Below are positions 19,374 through 35,044 of a stretch of 64,000 nucleotides of DNA, piece after piece. A model generated the notes under the pieces. It was given only the letters and a program-made list of their open reading frames with translations. It had not been told where the DNA came from and did no database searches. A program made the translations under genes and the position numbers. The stretch comes from an uncultured Methanoregulaceae archaeon (GTDB lineage Archaea > Halobacteriota > Methanomicrobia > Methanomicrobiales > Methanospirillaceae). How positions within the stretch are numbered: position 1 is the stretch's first letter; every line of letters begins with the position of its first letter. Where the stretch lies: positions 352,001 through 416,000 of the forward strand of contig CAVTTL010000001.1 in assembly GCA_963737635.1 (NCBI GenBank). The letters are read 5' to 3'.

Positions 19374-21347
19374 ATGATATTGGTACCAGATACAAGTGTC
19401 CTCATCGACGGGCGCATAACCTCGATGATAAAAGCCGGTGAATACAAAGGAGCAACAATAATCGTCCCTGAGGCAGTCATTGCGGAACTCGAAGCTCAGG
19501 CAAATAATGGACGCGAGATTGGATTCTCGGGCCTCAACGAGCTCCAGTCGTTGTGCAAGATGGCCGAGGAGAAAACCATCGAACTCAAGTTCTCCGGCAT
19601 CCGTCCGACACTGGAACAGGTCAAGCTTGCAAGCGGCGGCGAAATCGACGCGATGATACGAGGTATAGCGATCGAAAATTCTGCACGCTTTATCACGAGC
19701 GATAATGTACAGGCAGAAGTGGCCAGAGCAAAAGGGCTCGATGTAATCTACTTAAAACCGCAAGTTACTGATTTTGTCCCTCTCGGGATTGACCAGTTCT
19801 TTGACGAACACACGATTGCCGTTTACCTCAAGGAACGCGTCAGCCCGGTTGCTAAGAAAGGCACAATCAACGAGATGAAACTCGTAAAGATCCGCGATCA
19901 GCCGGTCAGTGAGTACGAACTCCGCAACCTTGCGCAGGAGATTCTCGAACGGGCCAAAAGGGATCCCGATGGGTTCATCGAAATCGAGAAGCGCGGCATC
20001 ACGGTCGTCCAGATTGGTTCCTTACGTATCGCAATTGCCCGCCGGCCATTTTCAGATGGCATGGAGATCACCGCTGTGCGTCCAATCGTGGATGTGACTC
20101 TTGATAACTATGCAAAAGCAGACATAATCAAGAAACGGATCATCTCAGATCAACGTGGTCTTATCATTGCTGGTTCTCCTGGCGCTGGAAAGACCACACT
20201 TGCCCAAGGTATCGCGACGTATCTCTCCGAAAGTGGATATGTCGTCAAAACCATGGAAGCGCCTCGCGAACTTCAGGTTCCGGATCAAATCACACAATAC
20301 ACTACTCTCGACGGCAGCATGTCAAACACTGCTGACGTTCTCCTGCTGGTCCGCCCGGACTTTGTCATCTTCGACGAACTGCGCAAGAATGAGGACTTCA
20401 CGGTCTTTGCAGATATGCGCCTCGCCGGCCTCGGCATGGTCGGGGTCATCCACGCAAACAGCGTCCAGGATGCACTCCAGCGGTTCTCTGACCGCGAAGA
20501 CTTCTCCGTTCTCTCGCAGATCATCAATACCATTGTATTTTTGGAGAAAGGCGTTGTTACAAAGATCTACGATGTAGGGTTTAAGATTAAGGTACCTGAA
20601 GGCATGGGAAGTGAAATGCATATCCGGCCCGTGACTACTGTAACGGATTCCGAGACCGGCAGCCTCGTGCTCGATGTTTTCAGGTACGATGGACAGACTA
20701 TTGTTATGCCTGTGTTACCCGGAGCCGCAGATGCACCTGTCGGACCTGCTCCAAGGGCGATATCCATCCAGAATGTCGGGCAGCCAGTACTTCCGGCTAG
20801 TAAAGCAAGCAGTTCCCTCGCAGCTATTCCTGATGCTACACCTTGGGCAACAGCAGAGGATCACCCAAGCTGGAAGCTTAATGAGAAGGAGATTCAGCGC
20901 GAGATAGGCAGATACACAGATGGCGCTGTCGATGTTGAGATGATCAGCGACACTAAGGCAGTTGTTTATATTGATGACAAGGATGTCCCGGCAGCAATCG
21001 GAAAGGGCGGCAAGAATGTCTCAGCTATCGTTAACAAAATAGGAATCGGCATCGATATTAAGCCCCGGTCCGACCTTGAACGCCAGCATGCCCAGCCAAT
21101 GGCAAAATCAGACGGCGAGATTTCCCTTGGGGGAGGAATCAAAATCCAGACCGATAAAAAGCAGCTTGTCATCATTGCACCGGATCAAAGCGGGAAGATC
21201 GTCGACGTCTTTGCCGGCAAGGAATATCTCTTTACTGCAACGGTCAACGACAGCGGTGAAATCAGCCTAGCCAAAAATTCGAGCATCGCGCAGGAAATGA
21301 TCCGGCGCTACCAGAATAACGAGACTATCAAGCTCAGGCCGGTATAA
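19374..21347 (+). CDS. PINA: PIN domain + P-loop ATPase + KH domains
   Basis: VPDTSVLIDG PIN start, GSPGAGKTT, FDELR, IGKGGKN KH motif; GGGAGG SD. Confidence 0.92.
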   Translation: MILVPDTSVLIDGRITSMIKAGEYKGATIIVPEAVIAELEAQANNGREIGFSGLNELQSLCKMAEEKTIELKFSGIRPTLEQVKLASGGEIDAMIRGIAIENSARFITSDNVQAEVARAKGLDVIYLKPQVTDFVPLGIDQFFDEHTIAVYLKERVSPVAKKGTINEMKLVKIRDQPVSEYELRNLAQEILERAKRDPDGFIEIEKRGITVVQIGSLRIAIARRPFSDGMEITAVRPIVDVTLDNYAKADIIKKRIISDQRGLIIAGSPGAGKTTLAQGIATYLSESGYVVKTMEAPRELQVPDQITQYTTLDGSMSNTADVLLLVRPDFVIFDELRKNEDFTVFADMRLAGLGMVGVIHANSVQDALQRFSDREDFSVLSQIINTIVFLEKGVVTKIYDVGFKIKVPEGMGSEMHIRPVTTVTDSETGSLVLDVFRYDGQTIVMPVLPGAADAPVGPAPRAISIQNVGQPVLPASKASSSLAAIPDATPWATAEDHPSWKLNEKEIQREIGRYTDGAVDVEMISDTKAVVYIDDKDVPAAIGKGGKNVSAIVNKIGIGIDIKPRSDLERQHAQPMAKSDGEISLGGGIKIQTDKKQLVIIAPDQSGKIVDVFAGKEYLFTATVNDSGEISLAKNSSIAQEMIRRYQNNETIKLRPV

Positions 21348-21407
21348 ACCGCCATAGGAGTTTTATAACGCAACAATTCCCATAATAAGAGGAGAAGGTG
21401 AAGGGTT

Positions 21408-24190
21408 TTGAGCGAATTTAACTTGGGCGAATTTGAAAGGGAAGCACATGAGCAGTGGGCAAGGGCATTTGAGTCCAACCCCTCTGACCGCGAAAAATTT
21501 TATCTCACGGTCGCATTCCCGTACCCAAGCGGCGCAATGCACGTTGGACATGGCCGTACCTATATAGTACCCGATGTGATCGCACGATTCTGGCGGATGA
21601 GAGGAAAGCAGGTCCTGTTCCCGATGGCGTTCCATGTCACAGGTGCGCCGGTTGTCGGCATTTCAAAGAGGATTGCAAGGAACGATCCAAAGACGATCCA
21701 CCTGTACCGTGACCTCTACAAAGTCCCACAGGATGTACTCGCGGAATTTACAGAACCGTTAACAATCGTCAAGCATTTTGCTGCAGAATATCAGCGCGTG
21801 ATGACCTCATGCGGTCTCTCGATCGATTGGCGACGGCGGTTTATCACCGTCGATCCAACCTACAGCAAATTCGTCGAGTGGCAGTGGAAACACTTGTACG
21901 AGGCAGGTCATGTAATAAAGGGTGCCCACCCGGTCCGGGTACTGCACTGTAGACGAGAACCCGGTCGGTGATCATGACCTTCTCGAAGGGGACAAAGCTG
22001 AGGTAATCAAGTTCACCCTTGTCATGTTCCGGTATGGCGACACGTTCATCCCGACCGCCACGCTCCGGCCCGAGACCATCCATGGAGTCACTAACCTCTG
22101 GGCAAATCCGAATGTTACCTATGTAAGGGCACTTATTGATGGCAGACCATGGATTGTTTCAAAGGAATCAGCCGAAAAACTTGTGCTGCAGGATCATACA
22201 GTCGAGGTAAAAGAAGAGATCGAAGGAAAGGATCTCATAGATAAGACTGTCACCCACCCCCTCTGCGGCTCCATCCCGATCCTCCCCGCCGATTTCGTCG
22301 ATCCCGACATGGCGACAGGTATAGTGATGAGTGTGCCTGCCCATGCTCCGTTTGACTACATCGCGCTCCGCGATCTCCAGCAGCAGGGAAAATATACGGA
22401 GATCAAACCGATTCCGCTGATCACAGTCGAGGGTTACGGGAATCTCCCTGCCCAGGATGCTGTCGAACGGGCTGGCATTCGCCACCAGATGGACAGCCGG
22501 ATGGAATCCCTTACGCAGGAGATCTACTCCGCCGAGTTCTCAAAAGGAAAACTCTTCGAGAAGTATGGCGGCAAGCCGGTCAAGGTTGCGCGTGAAGAGG
22601 TCGCACAGGAAATGTGCGATAAATATCATTCAGTCGTCATGTACGAGTTTGACACCCGGCCGGTGATCTGCCGGTGCGGGAATAAAGTCAAGGTCAAGAT
22701 CCTCCACGATCAGTGGTTCCTGAAGTACAGCGATCCCGAATGGAAACAGCAGGCTAGCTACCACCTAAAAGATATGGTGCTTGTCCCCCCCGAGGTTCGT
22801 ACTGAGTTTGACCGGACGATTGGCTGGCTCAAGGACTGGGCCTGCACCCGGCGTGTTGGCCTTGGTACCAAGTTCCCATGGGATCCTGCCCAACTGATCG
22901 AGCCGCTTTCGGACTCGACCGTCTATATGGCCTATTATACAATCGCCCACAGGATCCGGGAAATCGAACCAAAACTTCTCACGCCTGAAGTCTTTGACTA
23001 TATCTTCCTCGGAAAGAAATCGCCGGATCTACCCGAGAAAAAGAGGCTTGACGCAATGCGGGAAGAGTTCATGTACTGGTACCCGTATGACTTCCGGTTC
23101 TCGGCAAAGGACCTCATCTCCAACCACCTCACCTTCCAGATCTTCCACCATGTGACGATCTTCCCAAAAGACAAGCTCCCCAAGGGCATGGTTGTTTTCG
23201 GGATGGGGCTCTTAAACGGCGCAAAGATGTCCTCTTCAAAAGGCAATGTTTTCCTGCTTGAGGACGCAGTTGGTGAATTTGGCGCCGATACGGTCAGGAT
23301 GTTCTTGACTGGCAGCGCAGAGCCCTGGCAGGACTTTGATTGGAGAAATGAACTGGTGCTCTCCACAAAAAAACAAATCGAGAGGTTTTATGCCACGGTC
23401 ATGGAGATCCGGGACTCAGGCGGCGAGCCACAGGATATCGACCGCTGGCTTATCAGCAGGCTCCAGGAGCACATCTCAAAGATGACTTCGGCTTTGGAAA
23501 ACTTCCAGACCCGTCAGGCGCTTCAGGAGGCTTCATTCGGGATCGAAACCGATCTGAAATGGTACCGGCGTCGTCTGCCTGATGGCTGCTGTGGCAGCAG
23601 GGACCTGAGCTACCCTCTGCTCGGTATGGACCCGGCTTCTCACACCGTTCATCCCTTTCACCACTGAACATCTCTGGAAAGAACTGGGCAACAAAGACCT
23701 TATTTCGTTTGCAGAGTGGCCGGTAGCGAATGAAAATCTTATCAACTCGAAGATCGAACTTTCCGAGGAACTCCTTGCCCGGACAGTAGAGGATATAGAA
23801 TCGATCCGGAAACTGATCCAGATTACACCTAAATCGATCACCATCGTGCTTGCGCCCTCATGGAAGCATGAAGTCTTCAAAACGATCGCCTGTTCCAGCG
23901 ACCGGAACAAGGTGCTCAAGGAGATCATGAAAGACGAGGAGATGAAAAAGCGAGGCAGAGAAGCGACCGATGCGGTAAAACAGTGCACCACCCTTATTCA
24001 CCGCCTTCCTCCACGGGTTGTTGCGCCTCTCGCAAAGGAATCGGTCAACGAGCGTGCAGTCTTTGAGGCTGCTCAGGCATTTCTCGAAAAGGAGTTTTGC
24101 GTTCCCATTCACGTAGCTGATGCTGAATCGAGCGGGTACGCAAAAGGAGCAACCGCCCTCCCGTTCAAACCAGCTATCGTGATTGAATAG
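21408..24190 (+). CDS. leuS: Leucine--tRNA ligase (archaeal type); two apparent +1 frameshifts (about 21938 and 23605)
   Basis: [28 protein letters not shown]-term [11 protein letters not shown]; three ORF pieces join into 926 aa. Confidence 0.96.
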
Positions 24191-24242
24191 AATTTTCCTT
24201 TTTTAAATCGAGCTGGCCGGGATTATACCGATCCAGATTATA

Positions 24243-24785
24243 TCACGTAACTGGATCGCACCGGTAGCAATGAGATGCCAGGATTGCAGATACTTGCTGA
24301 AGCCATGAGGGATCACTGCATGGGGATGCCGTTCTTCCGGAGCCATCGATCGCGTTGTATGGCAGGAGTTTGACTTCAGCGTTCCAGATCCGGGCAAGGA
24401 TAGCATCGGATGTTTGGATGTCAGTCTTCCCGACAACTTTGCCTGCAACATCCCCGCCGGAATTCCGGATGATCATATGGTAGCACCGAAAATCCCGGCA
24501 GATCTGGGGACGGCTCGGATAGATCGCACAGATAAAACTCGGGCTTTCAGGATTCCTACGGTGGAAGACACATCCATTGCGGGATTTGGTGGTACTCTCA
24601 ATGCCAGATACGTATTCCTCATCGATTTCACGTGCAAATTCCGGCTGGACATGAACCGGGAATAGTTCCCCAGTGATATCATTTTTGCAGTAATAATCCT
24701 GTTCGGTGAGCTGCCGCTCGATCCTGATATAGATGCCGAGGCTGGTACAACACTTCCCGCAATTATCACAACAAAAAAATGCCAT
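24243..24785 (-). CDS. YkgJ family cysteine cluster protein
   Basis: CDNCGKCC...CVF...CAIYPSRPQICRDFRC. Confidence 0.85.
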   Translation of the reverse strand: MAFFCCDNCGKCCTSLGIYIRIERQLTEQDYYCKNDITGELFPVHVQPEFAREIDEEYVSGIESTTKSRNGCVFHRRNPESPSFICAIYPSRPQICRDFRCYHMIIRNSGGDVAGKVVGKTDIQTSDAILARIWNAEVKLLPYNAIDGSGRTASPCSDPSWLQQVSAILASHCYRCDPVT

Positions 24786-24856
24786 ACCCCTCCCTGAATC
24801 CTGTATCGCATGGAGGTAATGTAGGTCCGGGGGTAAAAAGCCGGTGCCGGGGGTTG

Positions 24857-25174
24857 TTATGCTCCTTCTACACTCTTTGCCCGTTTCACCCGTTCTTTTG
24901 TGGAGAATCCGGTCGCCGCATCCAGAAATTTCCTGAACCTTTTATTCGTGTCGATGATAATCTCATCGCTTGCCGCTGTGTCAGATTCGGTGTTCACACG
25001 AAGGGTCTTTCCCCCGGCCCCAGTGATCGCCTCAAGTCGTTTCAGGGCACCGTAACGGATGCGGTACGAGTTCCCGTTTTTTTCCGGCTCGACTCCGAAA
25101 CAATTCCTGAGTTCCGCGACAATCCTTTGGTCGAGATCTTTTGTCAAGCCTCTTTTTATGGGGTACTCCTGCAT
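24857..25174 (-). CDS. Conserved archaeal protein (DUF5611-like)
   Basis: MQEYPIKRG...FRKFLDAATGFSTKER; family recognised from memory. Confidence 0.65.
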   Translation of the reverse strand: MQEYPIKRGLTKDLDQRIVAELRNCFGVEPEKNGNSYRIRYGALKRLEAITGAGGKTLRVNTESDTAASDEIIIDTNKRFRKFLDAATGFSTKERVKRAKSVEGA

Positions 25175-25208
25175 ACTATTTTTTAGGTAGTGCGTGTATG
25201 TTAACTTA

Positions 25209-25937
25209 ATGACGACCGACTCATCGCATGATCTCACGATCTATGCAAAACCGCCACCCAGCGAAGGCGCTGCGGTGCTTATGGGATTTCCGGGGAGCGG
25301 ACTCGTAGGTACGATAGCTCTCCAGTATATGGTCGATCAACTCGAATTCGAGCTGACCGGCACTATGACTTCCCGGTATTTCCCTCCGCTTGCTATGATG
25401 AACAAGGGCGTAATAAATGATCCCGTGAGGTTATACATGAAAAACAATATCGCAGCCATTGTTGCCGATATCCCCATTCACCCTATGATCTGCTATGAGA
25501 TCTCCACGGGCATTCTTGACTGGCTCGCCCCGTATAAACCAAAGGAAGTACTCACCATTGCCGGGATTGTAACTAATGAATCCGAAAAGCGCGTATTTGG
25601 CGTTGCAACAACCACAGAAGCTCTCCAGAGGATCCAGGATCATACGCTGGTGCTTCCCATCGGGAGTATTTCCGGTATAGCCTCAAGTATACTGACAGGA
25701 TGTAAGATCCGGGGTATCCCGGCATTTGGCCTTCTTGGTGAAACTATTAACGCACCGGATCCCCGGTCATCAGCGGCAACTATCGAAGTACTCAACAAGA
25801 TGTACAACCTCGGCCTTGATGTCAAACCGCTTCTGGAGCAGGCTGATGAAATTGAGCAGAGCATGCACAGGATCTCCGAGGAGGTCCAGCAATCTGCGGA
25901 TACGTCGCCGAAAAAAGATCTTCCGATGTATGGGTGA
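25209..25937 (+). CDS. PAC2 family proteasome assembly chaperone-like protein
   Basis: GFPGSGLVG, PDPRSSA, C-terminal PMYG. Confidence 0.9.
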   Translation: MTTDSSHDLTIYAKPPPSEGAAVLMGFPGSGLVGTIALQYMVDQLEFELTGTMTSRYFPPLAMMNKGVINDPVRLYMKNNIAAIVADIPIHPMICYEISTGILDWLAPYKPKEVLTIAGIVTNESEKRVFGVATTTEALQRIQDHTLVLPIGSISGIASSILTGCKIRGIPAFGLLGETINAPDPRSSAATIEVLNKMYNLGLDVKPLLEQADEIEQSMHRISEEVQQSADTSPKKDLPMYG

Positions 25938-26341
25938 GCTTCATGAAGTGCGCTGCATTAACCGGAATATCGCCGGAAGTGATCCGGGATCTTCGCGAGG
26001 GAAGACCCCGAACTATCGAGCTCCAGAGTACCCAGAATATTGTAACCATAGCCGGGATCGAGTCCGGGACCAGTGTCCAGATATTTATGACTTCAACTGA
26101 CGTCGATGATCTGGGCCCCGGGGACGGGGGAATCTGTGTCGATCTGCTGTCATCATCAATTTCCATGAAACGGATTGTAGAGTACTCCAAAGGGATCTAT
26201 TATGAGGAACGGGAGAGGATGTCAGCCAGGGTTCAGGTGAAATATTGCTTCTCATCGGTGGTTCGGGAGGTATTTCATGAGAAACTTTGTTCCCCAACGT
26301 ATGTGGAAGTTCTCAAATCGTCATCTTATCACGCCGGTTAA
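25934..26341 (+). CDS. DUF473 family protein
   Basis: ALTGISPEVIRDL...RTIELQS..N, EERE; overlaps the PAC2 stop. Confidence 0.75.
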   Translation: MSFMKCAALTGISPEVIRDLREGRPRTIELQSTQNIVTIAGIESGTSVQIFMTSTDVDDLGPGDGGICVDLLSSSISMKRIVEYSKGIYYEERERMSARVQVKYCFSSVVREVFHEKLCSPTYVEVLKSSSYHAG

Positions 26342-26501
26342 ATGCCCAGCAGACATTTAACCGGTTTTTTTACTTCGGTTAATATCGATTTTTGTTTGAA
26401 GTCGTACTGCCTTATCGTTGCTGCCTCCTACAGGGACTAACCTCTTCAAATTCATGAAACAGATTAATTAGCCCGGAACACGAAACTAAGAGGCACGACA
26501 A

Positions 26502-26576
26502 GGGCTTGTGGCTTAGCTTGGACATAGCGCCGGGCTTCTAACCCGGACGTCGGGGGTTCAAATCCCCCCAAGCCCG
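26502..26576 (+). tRNA. tRNA-Arg(TCT)
   Basis: Acceptor GGGCTTG/CAAGCCC, anticodon arm CCGGG-CTTCTAA-CCCGG, GGTTCAAATC T loop; T-tract downstream. Confidence 0.95.
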
Positions 26577-26691
26577 TAATTCTCTTTTTTTTACGGAACA
26601 CAAAAGAAGGTTTGTTACGGATTTGTCACATCTGGCGTAACAGCCTGAAAGACGCAAACAGTTACACTAGGACAAAATGAGAGAGAAATGG

Positions 26692-27162
26692 TTACTGCAT
26701 AGCAGTGGCTTCAGCGTCGTCCACAGGTTTTTGGAGGATCTGCACATCCACGATGTTGTGCTGCCGCAGGGCCAGTTTCTTTGCCTTGAAAATATTCTTA
26801 CCATCTTTACCTATTGCTATGCCACGGTCTTCATCACGGACTTCGACCGTAGCTGCCTGTTCTTCTGTTTCGCCGGTAAAGACGATACTGGTCACCTGTG
26901 CGGGAAGGAAACAGTTCTTTAAGAATTGCTCGGGGTTGCTATTATATTCCACAACCTCTATCTTCTTTCCCATAACTTCGGACGCCTTTTTGATAGATAC
27001 TCCCTTTTTGCCGATCGCAAGCCCCATATCCCCGGGATTGACGACAAATATGAGTCTGCCGTTGCGCTCATCAATAACACAGTCACGGCTTCCCGCACCG
27101 GTCAACGATTCGAACTGGGAGATCAGGCGCATGCAGTCTTCAGTCAGTTTGACTTCGACCAT
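26692..27162 (-). CDS. nusA: Archaeal NusA (two KH domains)
   Basis: AIGKKG and AIGKDGKN KH motifs; follows rpl30e. Confidence 0.95.
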   Translation of the reverse strand: MVEVKLTEDCMRLISQFESLTGAGSRDCVIDERNGRLIFVVNPGDMGLAIGKKGVSIKKASEVMGKKIEVVEYNSNPEQFLKNCFLPAQVTSIVFTGETEEQAATVEVRDEDRGIAIGKDGKNIFKAKKLALRQHNIVDVQILQKPVDDAEATAMQ

Positions 27163-27163
27163 A

Positions 27164-27457
27164 TCATGCCGTCCTCTTCAGTGAAAGAATATCTGATTCG
27201 CCAGGACTGACAATAGCTAGCGTGCTTACCATGAATGGTTTACCGCAAGCCTTGCCGAGCGCCAAACTGGACCCCTCAAACGTGTGGATGAAGAGGCTTT
27301 CATACCCGCCAAGCTGGTTTTTAAACTTCTCCGGGCAGTTTGCCGCGATGACCACCATCTGGGCCTTACCCTCTTTTACGCATTTTTCCGTGTTGTTCTG
27401 ACCGAGAATGACGTCTCCGGTCTTGATCGCTCTTCTCAATGAAGCATTAAAATCCAT
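27164..27457 (-). CDS. rpl30e: 50S ribosomal protein L30e
   Basis: AIKTGDVILG...LGKACGKPF...PGESDIL. Confidence 0.96.
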   Translation of the reverse strand: MDFNASLRRAIKTGDVILGQNNTEKCVKEGKAQMVVIAANCPEKFKNQLGGYESLFIHTFEGSSLALGKACGKPFMVSTLAIVSPGESDILSLKRTA

Positions 27458-27500
27458 CTACAATTCTCCTGAAAGTTGGTTGGTTTTTAAGTTTAGATCA

Positions 27501-31316
<3,816 letters not shown>

Positions 31317-31326
31317 GACGCACCTC

Positions 31327-33141
31327 CTATACGACGTCCTCTAATCTCAGGCGGGGTGCTATCCCCATGCTCTTCATCTCATCAAGCAGGAGCTTGAATG
31401 CATAACTCATCTCGACCGGGTAAATATCGGTCTCGTTACCGCAGGCAAGACACCGGGTCATGTTGCGCTTGCGGTCAAGCATCGCCACCATCCCACAATG
31501 GGCGCAGACATATTCCTGAACTTTATCTGACTCGTCAAGCAGCCGCTCCTTTAAAGCCATGGCTGCGCCGTGGCCGATCATAACATCCCGCTCCATCTCA
31601 CCAAACCGGAGACCGCCTTCACGGGCACGACCTTCTGTCGGCTGGCGAGTGAGCACCTGCACGGGTCCTCGTGAACGGGCGTGCATCTTGGAGGAGACCA
31701 TGTGGTACAATTTCTGGTAGTAAATCACACCGATGTAGATATCGGCCTTGAACGCCTTGCCGGTGATGCCATCATACATCACTTCCCGGCCGGTATGGGA
31801 GTATCCAAGGTTTTTGAGAGATGAACGGAGGTCTGCCTCACTCTCGCCACTGAATGCAGTGCCATTGATGCGTCTTCCCTCAAGAGCTCCTACCTTTCCC
31901 CCTATCATCTCAAGCATGTGTCCGATGGTCATACGGCTCGGGATAGCATGGGGATTGATCACAAGGTCGGGCGAAAGCCCGCTCTCAGTGAAAGGCATGT
32001 CCTCCTGACTTGCTATGAGGCCGATTACACCTTTCTGCCCGTGCCGGGACGCAAACTTGTCGCCGATCTCCGGTACACGCAGGTCGCGAGTCCGCACCTT
32101 AACGAGGCGTGAACTGTTTTCACCTTCGGTAATGATGACCGTATCAACAATACCGTGCTCGTTGCTTCGCATCGTGACTGATGTGTCGCGCCGCTTCTCT
32201 ACGGCAATGAGTTCTCCGGAGGGTTCTTCCAGGAACCGTGGCGGCGAGGTTTTTCCTATCAGGACATCCTTTTCTGCGACGATTGTCTCGGGGTTGATCA
32301 CACCATCCTCGTCGAGATTCTTGTAGGATTCCGCACCATGGGCCCCGCTTACATCCTCGTCAGGTACTTCGATCCGGTCTATCTGACCGCCAGGGTACCG
32401 GCGCTCTTCACCCTCGTAAGTCCTGAAGAAATGCGAGCGTCCGAGACCGCGGTCTATCGAGGCCTTGTTAAAGATGAGCGCATCTTCAATGTTATATCCT
32501 TCGTAGGAGAGAATAGCGACCACGAAATTCTGCCCGGCAGGCCGGTCGTCAGACCCGATCAGCTCGGATGTCTGGGTATGGGTGAGGGGTTTCTGGACGT
32601 AATGAAGCAGGTGACCCCGAGTATCGGGGCGGAGTTTCATATTTGCTGCGCCAAACCCAAGTGCCTGTTTGACCATCCCTGCTCCCATCGTTACACGCGG
32701 ACTTGCATTGTGCTCCGGGAATGGGACGTGAGCGGCACCAATACCGAGGATTAGTGAGGGGTCAATCTCCAGATGCGTATGTGCAGGCGTGATATCAGCG
32801 ATATTCATAGCGATAAAAAGGTCTTCCTCTTCCTCTGCATCAACGAACTCGATCAATCCACGTTGCACGAAGTTCGAGAAATCAATCTCACCTTTGGCCA
32901 GCTTTTTGAGATCCTCATCATTAATAAGGGTCTTACCGTCTTTTAGAACAATAAGGGGACGGCGTGCACGGCCGCGGTCGGTAAGGAGGACGACATCACC
33001 GTTATAGTCTTTAAACGAGACGTTAACCTCAGATGAAATAGCGCCCTGCCGGCGCATCGACCGGATATTTTCCACAAGAGTTTTGGGATCATCGACTAGG
33101 CCGATCAATGCCCCATCAACGAATACTCGTGATTTCTTCAT
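31327..33141 (-). CDS. rpoB1: RNA polymerase subunit B'
   Basis: [23 protein letters not shown]. Confidence 0.97.
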   Translation of the reverse strand: MKKSRVFVDGALIGLVDDPKTLVENIRSMRRQGAISSEVNVSFKDYNGDVVLLTDRGRARRPLIVLKDGKTLINDEDLKKLAKGEIDFSNFVQRGLIEFVDAEEEEDLFIAMNIADITPAHTHLEIDPSLILGIGAAHVPFPEHNASPRVTMGAGMVKQALGFGAANMKLRPDTRGHLLHYVQKPLTHTQTSELIGSDDRPAGQNFVVAILSYEGYNIEDALIFNKASIDRGLGRSHFFRTYEGEERRYPGGQIDRIEVPDEDVSGAHGAESYKNLDEDGVINPETIVAEKDVLIGKTSPPRFLEEPSGELIAVEKRRDTSVTMRSNEHGIVDTVIITEGENSSRLVKVRTRDLRVPEIGDKFASRHGQKGVIGLIASQEDMPFTESGLSPDLVINPHAIPSRMTIGHMLEMIGGKVGALEGRRINGTAFSGESEADLRSSLKNLGYSHTGREVMYDGITGKAFKADIYIGVIYYQKLYHMVSSKMHARSRGPVQVLTRQPTEGRAREGGLRFGEMERDVMIGHGAAMALKERLLDESDKVQEYVCAHCGMVAMLDRKRNMTRCLACGNETDIYPVEMSYAFKLLLDEMKSMGIAPRLRLEDVV

Positions 33142-34697
33142 TTGACCTCACCCCGGATGTGCTCGACGTTGAGCGTATGCAGGATACGCATAATCTCTTC
33201 TTCATCGTTGACACCCTTGCTGATCTCCACCATCTGGGCGAAGTTTTTCACCAGACCACAGTTTGGCCCTTCAGGCGTCTCGCTCGGGCAGATCCGGCCC
33301 CACTGCGTCGGATGCAGATCTCGAGCTTCGAAATGGGGTTGGGAACGTGAGAGAGGCGAGATGACACGGCGCAGGTGGGAAAGTACAGCCATGTGATCGA
33401 CACGATCAAGAAGCTGGGACACACCAGTCCTTCCGCCAACCCAGTTACCAGTGGCAAGCGGGTGAAGCAAACGTTCGGTGAGAACATCCGCTCTCACTGC
33501 CGTCGCGATCGACAGGTCACGGTGCCTCATGCTCGCCCGTTCGAGCTGGTACTTTATATCCCGAGTCAGGCGGTTGAGCGAAATACGGAAGAGATCTTCC
33601 ATGAGGTCGCCTGCCAGTTTGAGTCTCTTGTTTGAGTAGTGATCCTTATCATCGATCCTACGCTTGTTCAAAACAAGATCAAAACATGCCTCTGCCATGC
33701 GTCCAAGGAAGTGTGCTTTTGCGAGCCGTACTGATGCGACTGACTCGGCATAGCCGTCATCGCCTTCCTTAAGGGTGGCAGGCAACGCGTAATTGAGATG
33801 CGGAAGCAGGTAATTGTCAAGCACGAATTCGGCGCGTTTCTTTTGATAGTCTTTAGTCTGGTTGGGAGCGAGTTTCTTACCCACGTACATGACGCCGCCT
33901 TCAACAGAATCGCATTCGCTTTCCTCGAGATTCTGCATCATGAAGGTAAGGATATCTTCATCGGTCGAAACGGCATTGACGACTTCCTGATCATTGGTCA
34001 TGCCCAATGCCCGCATCAGGTCGACGAATTTAAGGTGTCCTGCCACCGAGGGGAAAGAAACCTCAAGGAGATTCTTTTTATTGCGTTCAACCACGACGAG
34101 CGCGCGGTATCCGCGGAACTGCGAGAATACTTTTGCCACGTAAATCCTTTCATTATACCGCTCGGTGAATTCGGTCATGATCTTGTTTGAGGCGAGATCC
34201 TCAAGAGTCATGAGCACACGCTCAGTACCATTCACGATAAAATAAGCGCCCGGATCAAACGCATCTTCTCCGTGTGAGACACGTTCGTCGTCGCTCATAC
34301 CATAGAGGTTACATGCAACTGATCCAACCATAATTGGCAGCTGCCCGATAGTCGTGACAATGGGTTCCTGCCTGTCTTCTCCATGCACCAGCGTCAGTCC
34401 GAGCTGGATAGGTGCAGCGTAGGTTAGATTGCGCAGGCGTGATTCGCTCGGATACAGTTCACCCTGTGATCCGTCTGCTTCGCGTACGAGAGGCTTTTTT
34501 ACCTCGATGTTCCCGAGTTCGACCCAAACCGGGTCATTGTTCCTGCCCCGGTTCTCAATGTCGGTCTCGATAATCTTTTGTTCATTGACCACTTTCTGGA
34601 GATTTTCCGTTAGGAAATAGTTAAAGGAGTCAAGCTGGTGGCGCGCAACATGCTCCCGTGCAAAGTATGCCCTCGATAAAACACTTCTGTCGATCAG
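33138..34697 (-). CDS. rpoB2: RNA polymerase subunit B''; probable CTG start
   Basis: HQLDSFN motif lies upstream of the first canonical start (34592); [19 protein letters not shown]. Confidence 0.95.
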   Translation of the reverse strand: MIDRSVLSRAYFAREHVARHQLDSFNYFLTENLQKVVNEQKIIETDIENRGRNNDPVWVELGNIEVKKPLVREADGSQGELYPSESRLRNLTYAAPIQLGLTLVHGEDRQEPIVTTIGQLPIMVGSVACNLYGMSDDERVSHGEDAFDPGAYFIVNGTERVLMTLEDLASNKIMTEFTERYNERIYVAKVFSQFRGYRALVVVERNKKNLLEVSFPSVAGHLKFVDLMRALGMTNDQEVVNAVSTDEDILTFMMQNLEESECDSVEGGVMYVGKKLAPNQTKDYQKKRAEFVLDNYLLPHLNYALPATLKEGDDGYAESVASVRLAKAHFLGRMAEACFDLVLNKRRIDDKDHYSNKRLKLAGDLMEDLFRISLNRLTRDIKYQLERASMRHRDLSIATAVRADVLTERLLHPLATGNWVGGRTGVSQLLDRVDHMAVLSHLRRVISPLSRSQPHFEARDLHPTQWGRICPSETPEGPNCGLVKNFAQMVEISKGVNDEEEIMRILHTLNVEHIRGEVK

Positions 34698-34715
34698 ATA
34701 GACCGCCCCCTGCCC

Positions 34716-34967
34716 TTATTTTTTGGGTCTCCTGATAACAAGTCGGTACGCCTCAGCCCTGCCGGCGGTATGACTTTTCCTGATAGTCCGTATCACGTCA
34801 TCGACTTTCGCATCGATTGCCTTCACCGCAGGATCGTCATGGTAGATTTTTGGTAATTGTTCGGTAGTAATATGATAGCGGGAAAGTAACGCTGTAACCT
34901 CTTCCTCGCTCATGAGCTGGTGATCCGGCACCATTACGTGGCTCAACACATTCAGTTTGGAGCTCAA
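34716..34967 (-). CDS. rpoH: RNA polymerase subunit H
   Basis: HVMVPDH...[10 protein letters not shown]...RKSHTAG..YRLV. Confidence 0.96.
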   Translation of the reverse strand: MSSKLNVLSHVMVPDHQLMSEEEVTALLSRYHITTEQLPKIYHDDPAVKAIDAKVDDVIRTIRKSHTAGRAEAYRLVIRRPKK

Positions 34968-35024
34968 TGAAAAACCCCCTTAAAGATAAAACGATTGCCT
35001 CTCAGATGCATCACCGCAAAAAAT

Positions 35025-35041
35025 CCACGATTGGATCGTGG
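35025..35041 (-). terminator. Hairpin followed by a T-tract downstream of tRNA-Lys
   Basis: Minus strand reads CCACGAT-CCA-ATCGTGG then ATTTTTT. Confidence 0.5.
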
Positions 35042-35044
35042 TAA

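Noticed and set aside
21408-24190. Split or heteromeric LeuRS
   Set aside because: Two single-base insertions explain the pieces, and the breaks do not look like domain boundaries
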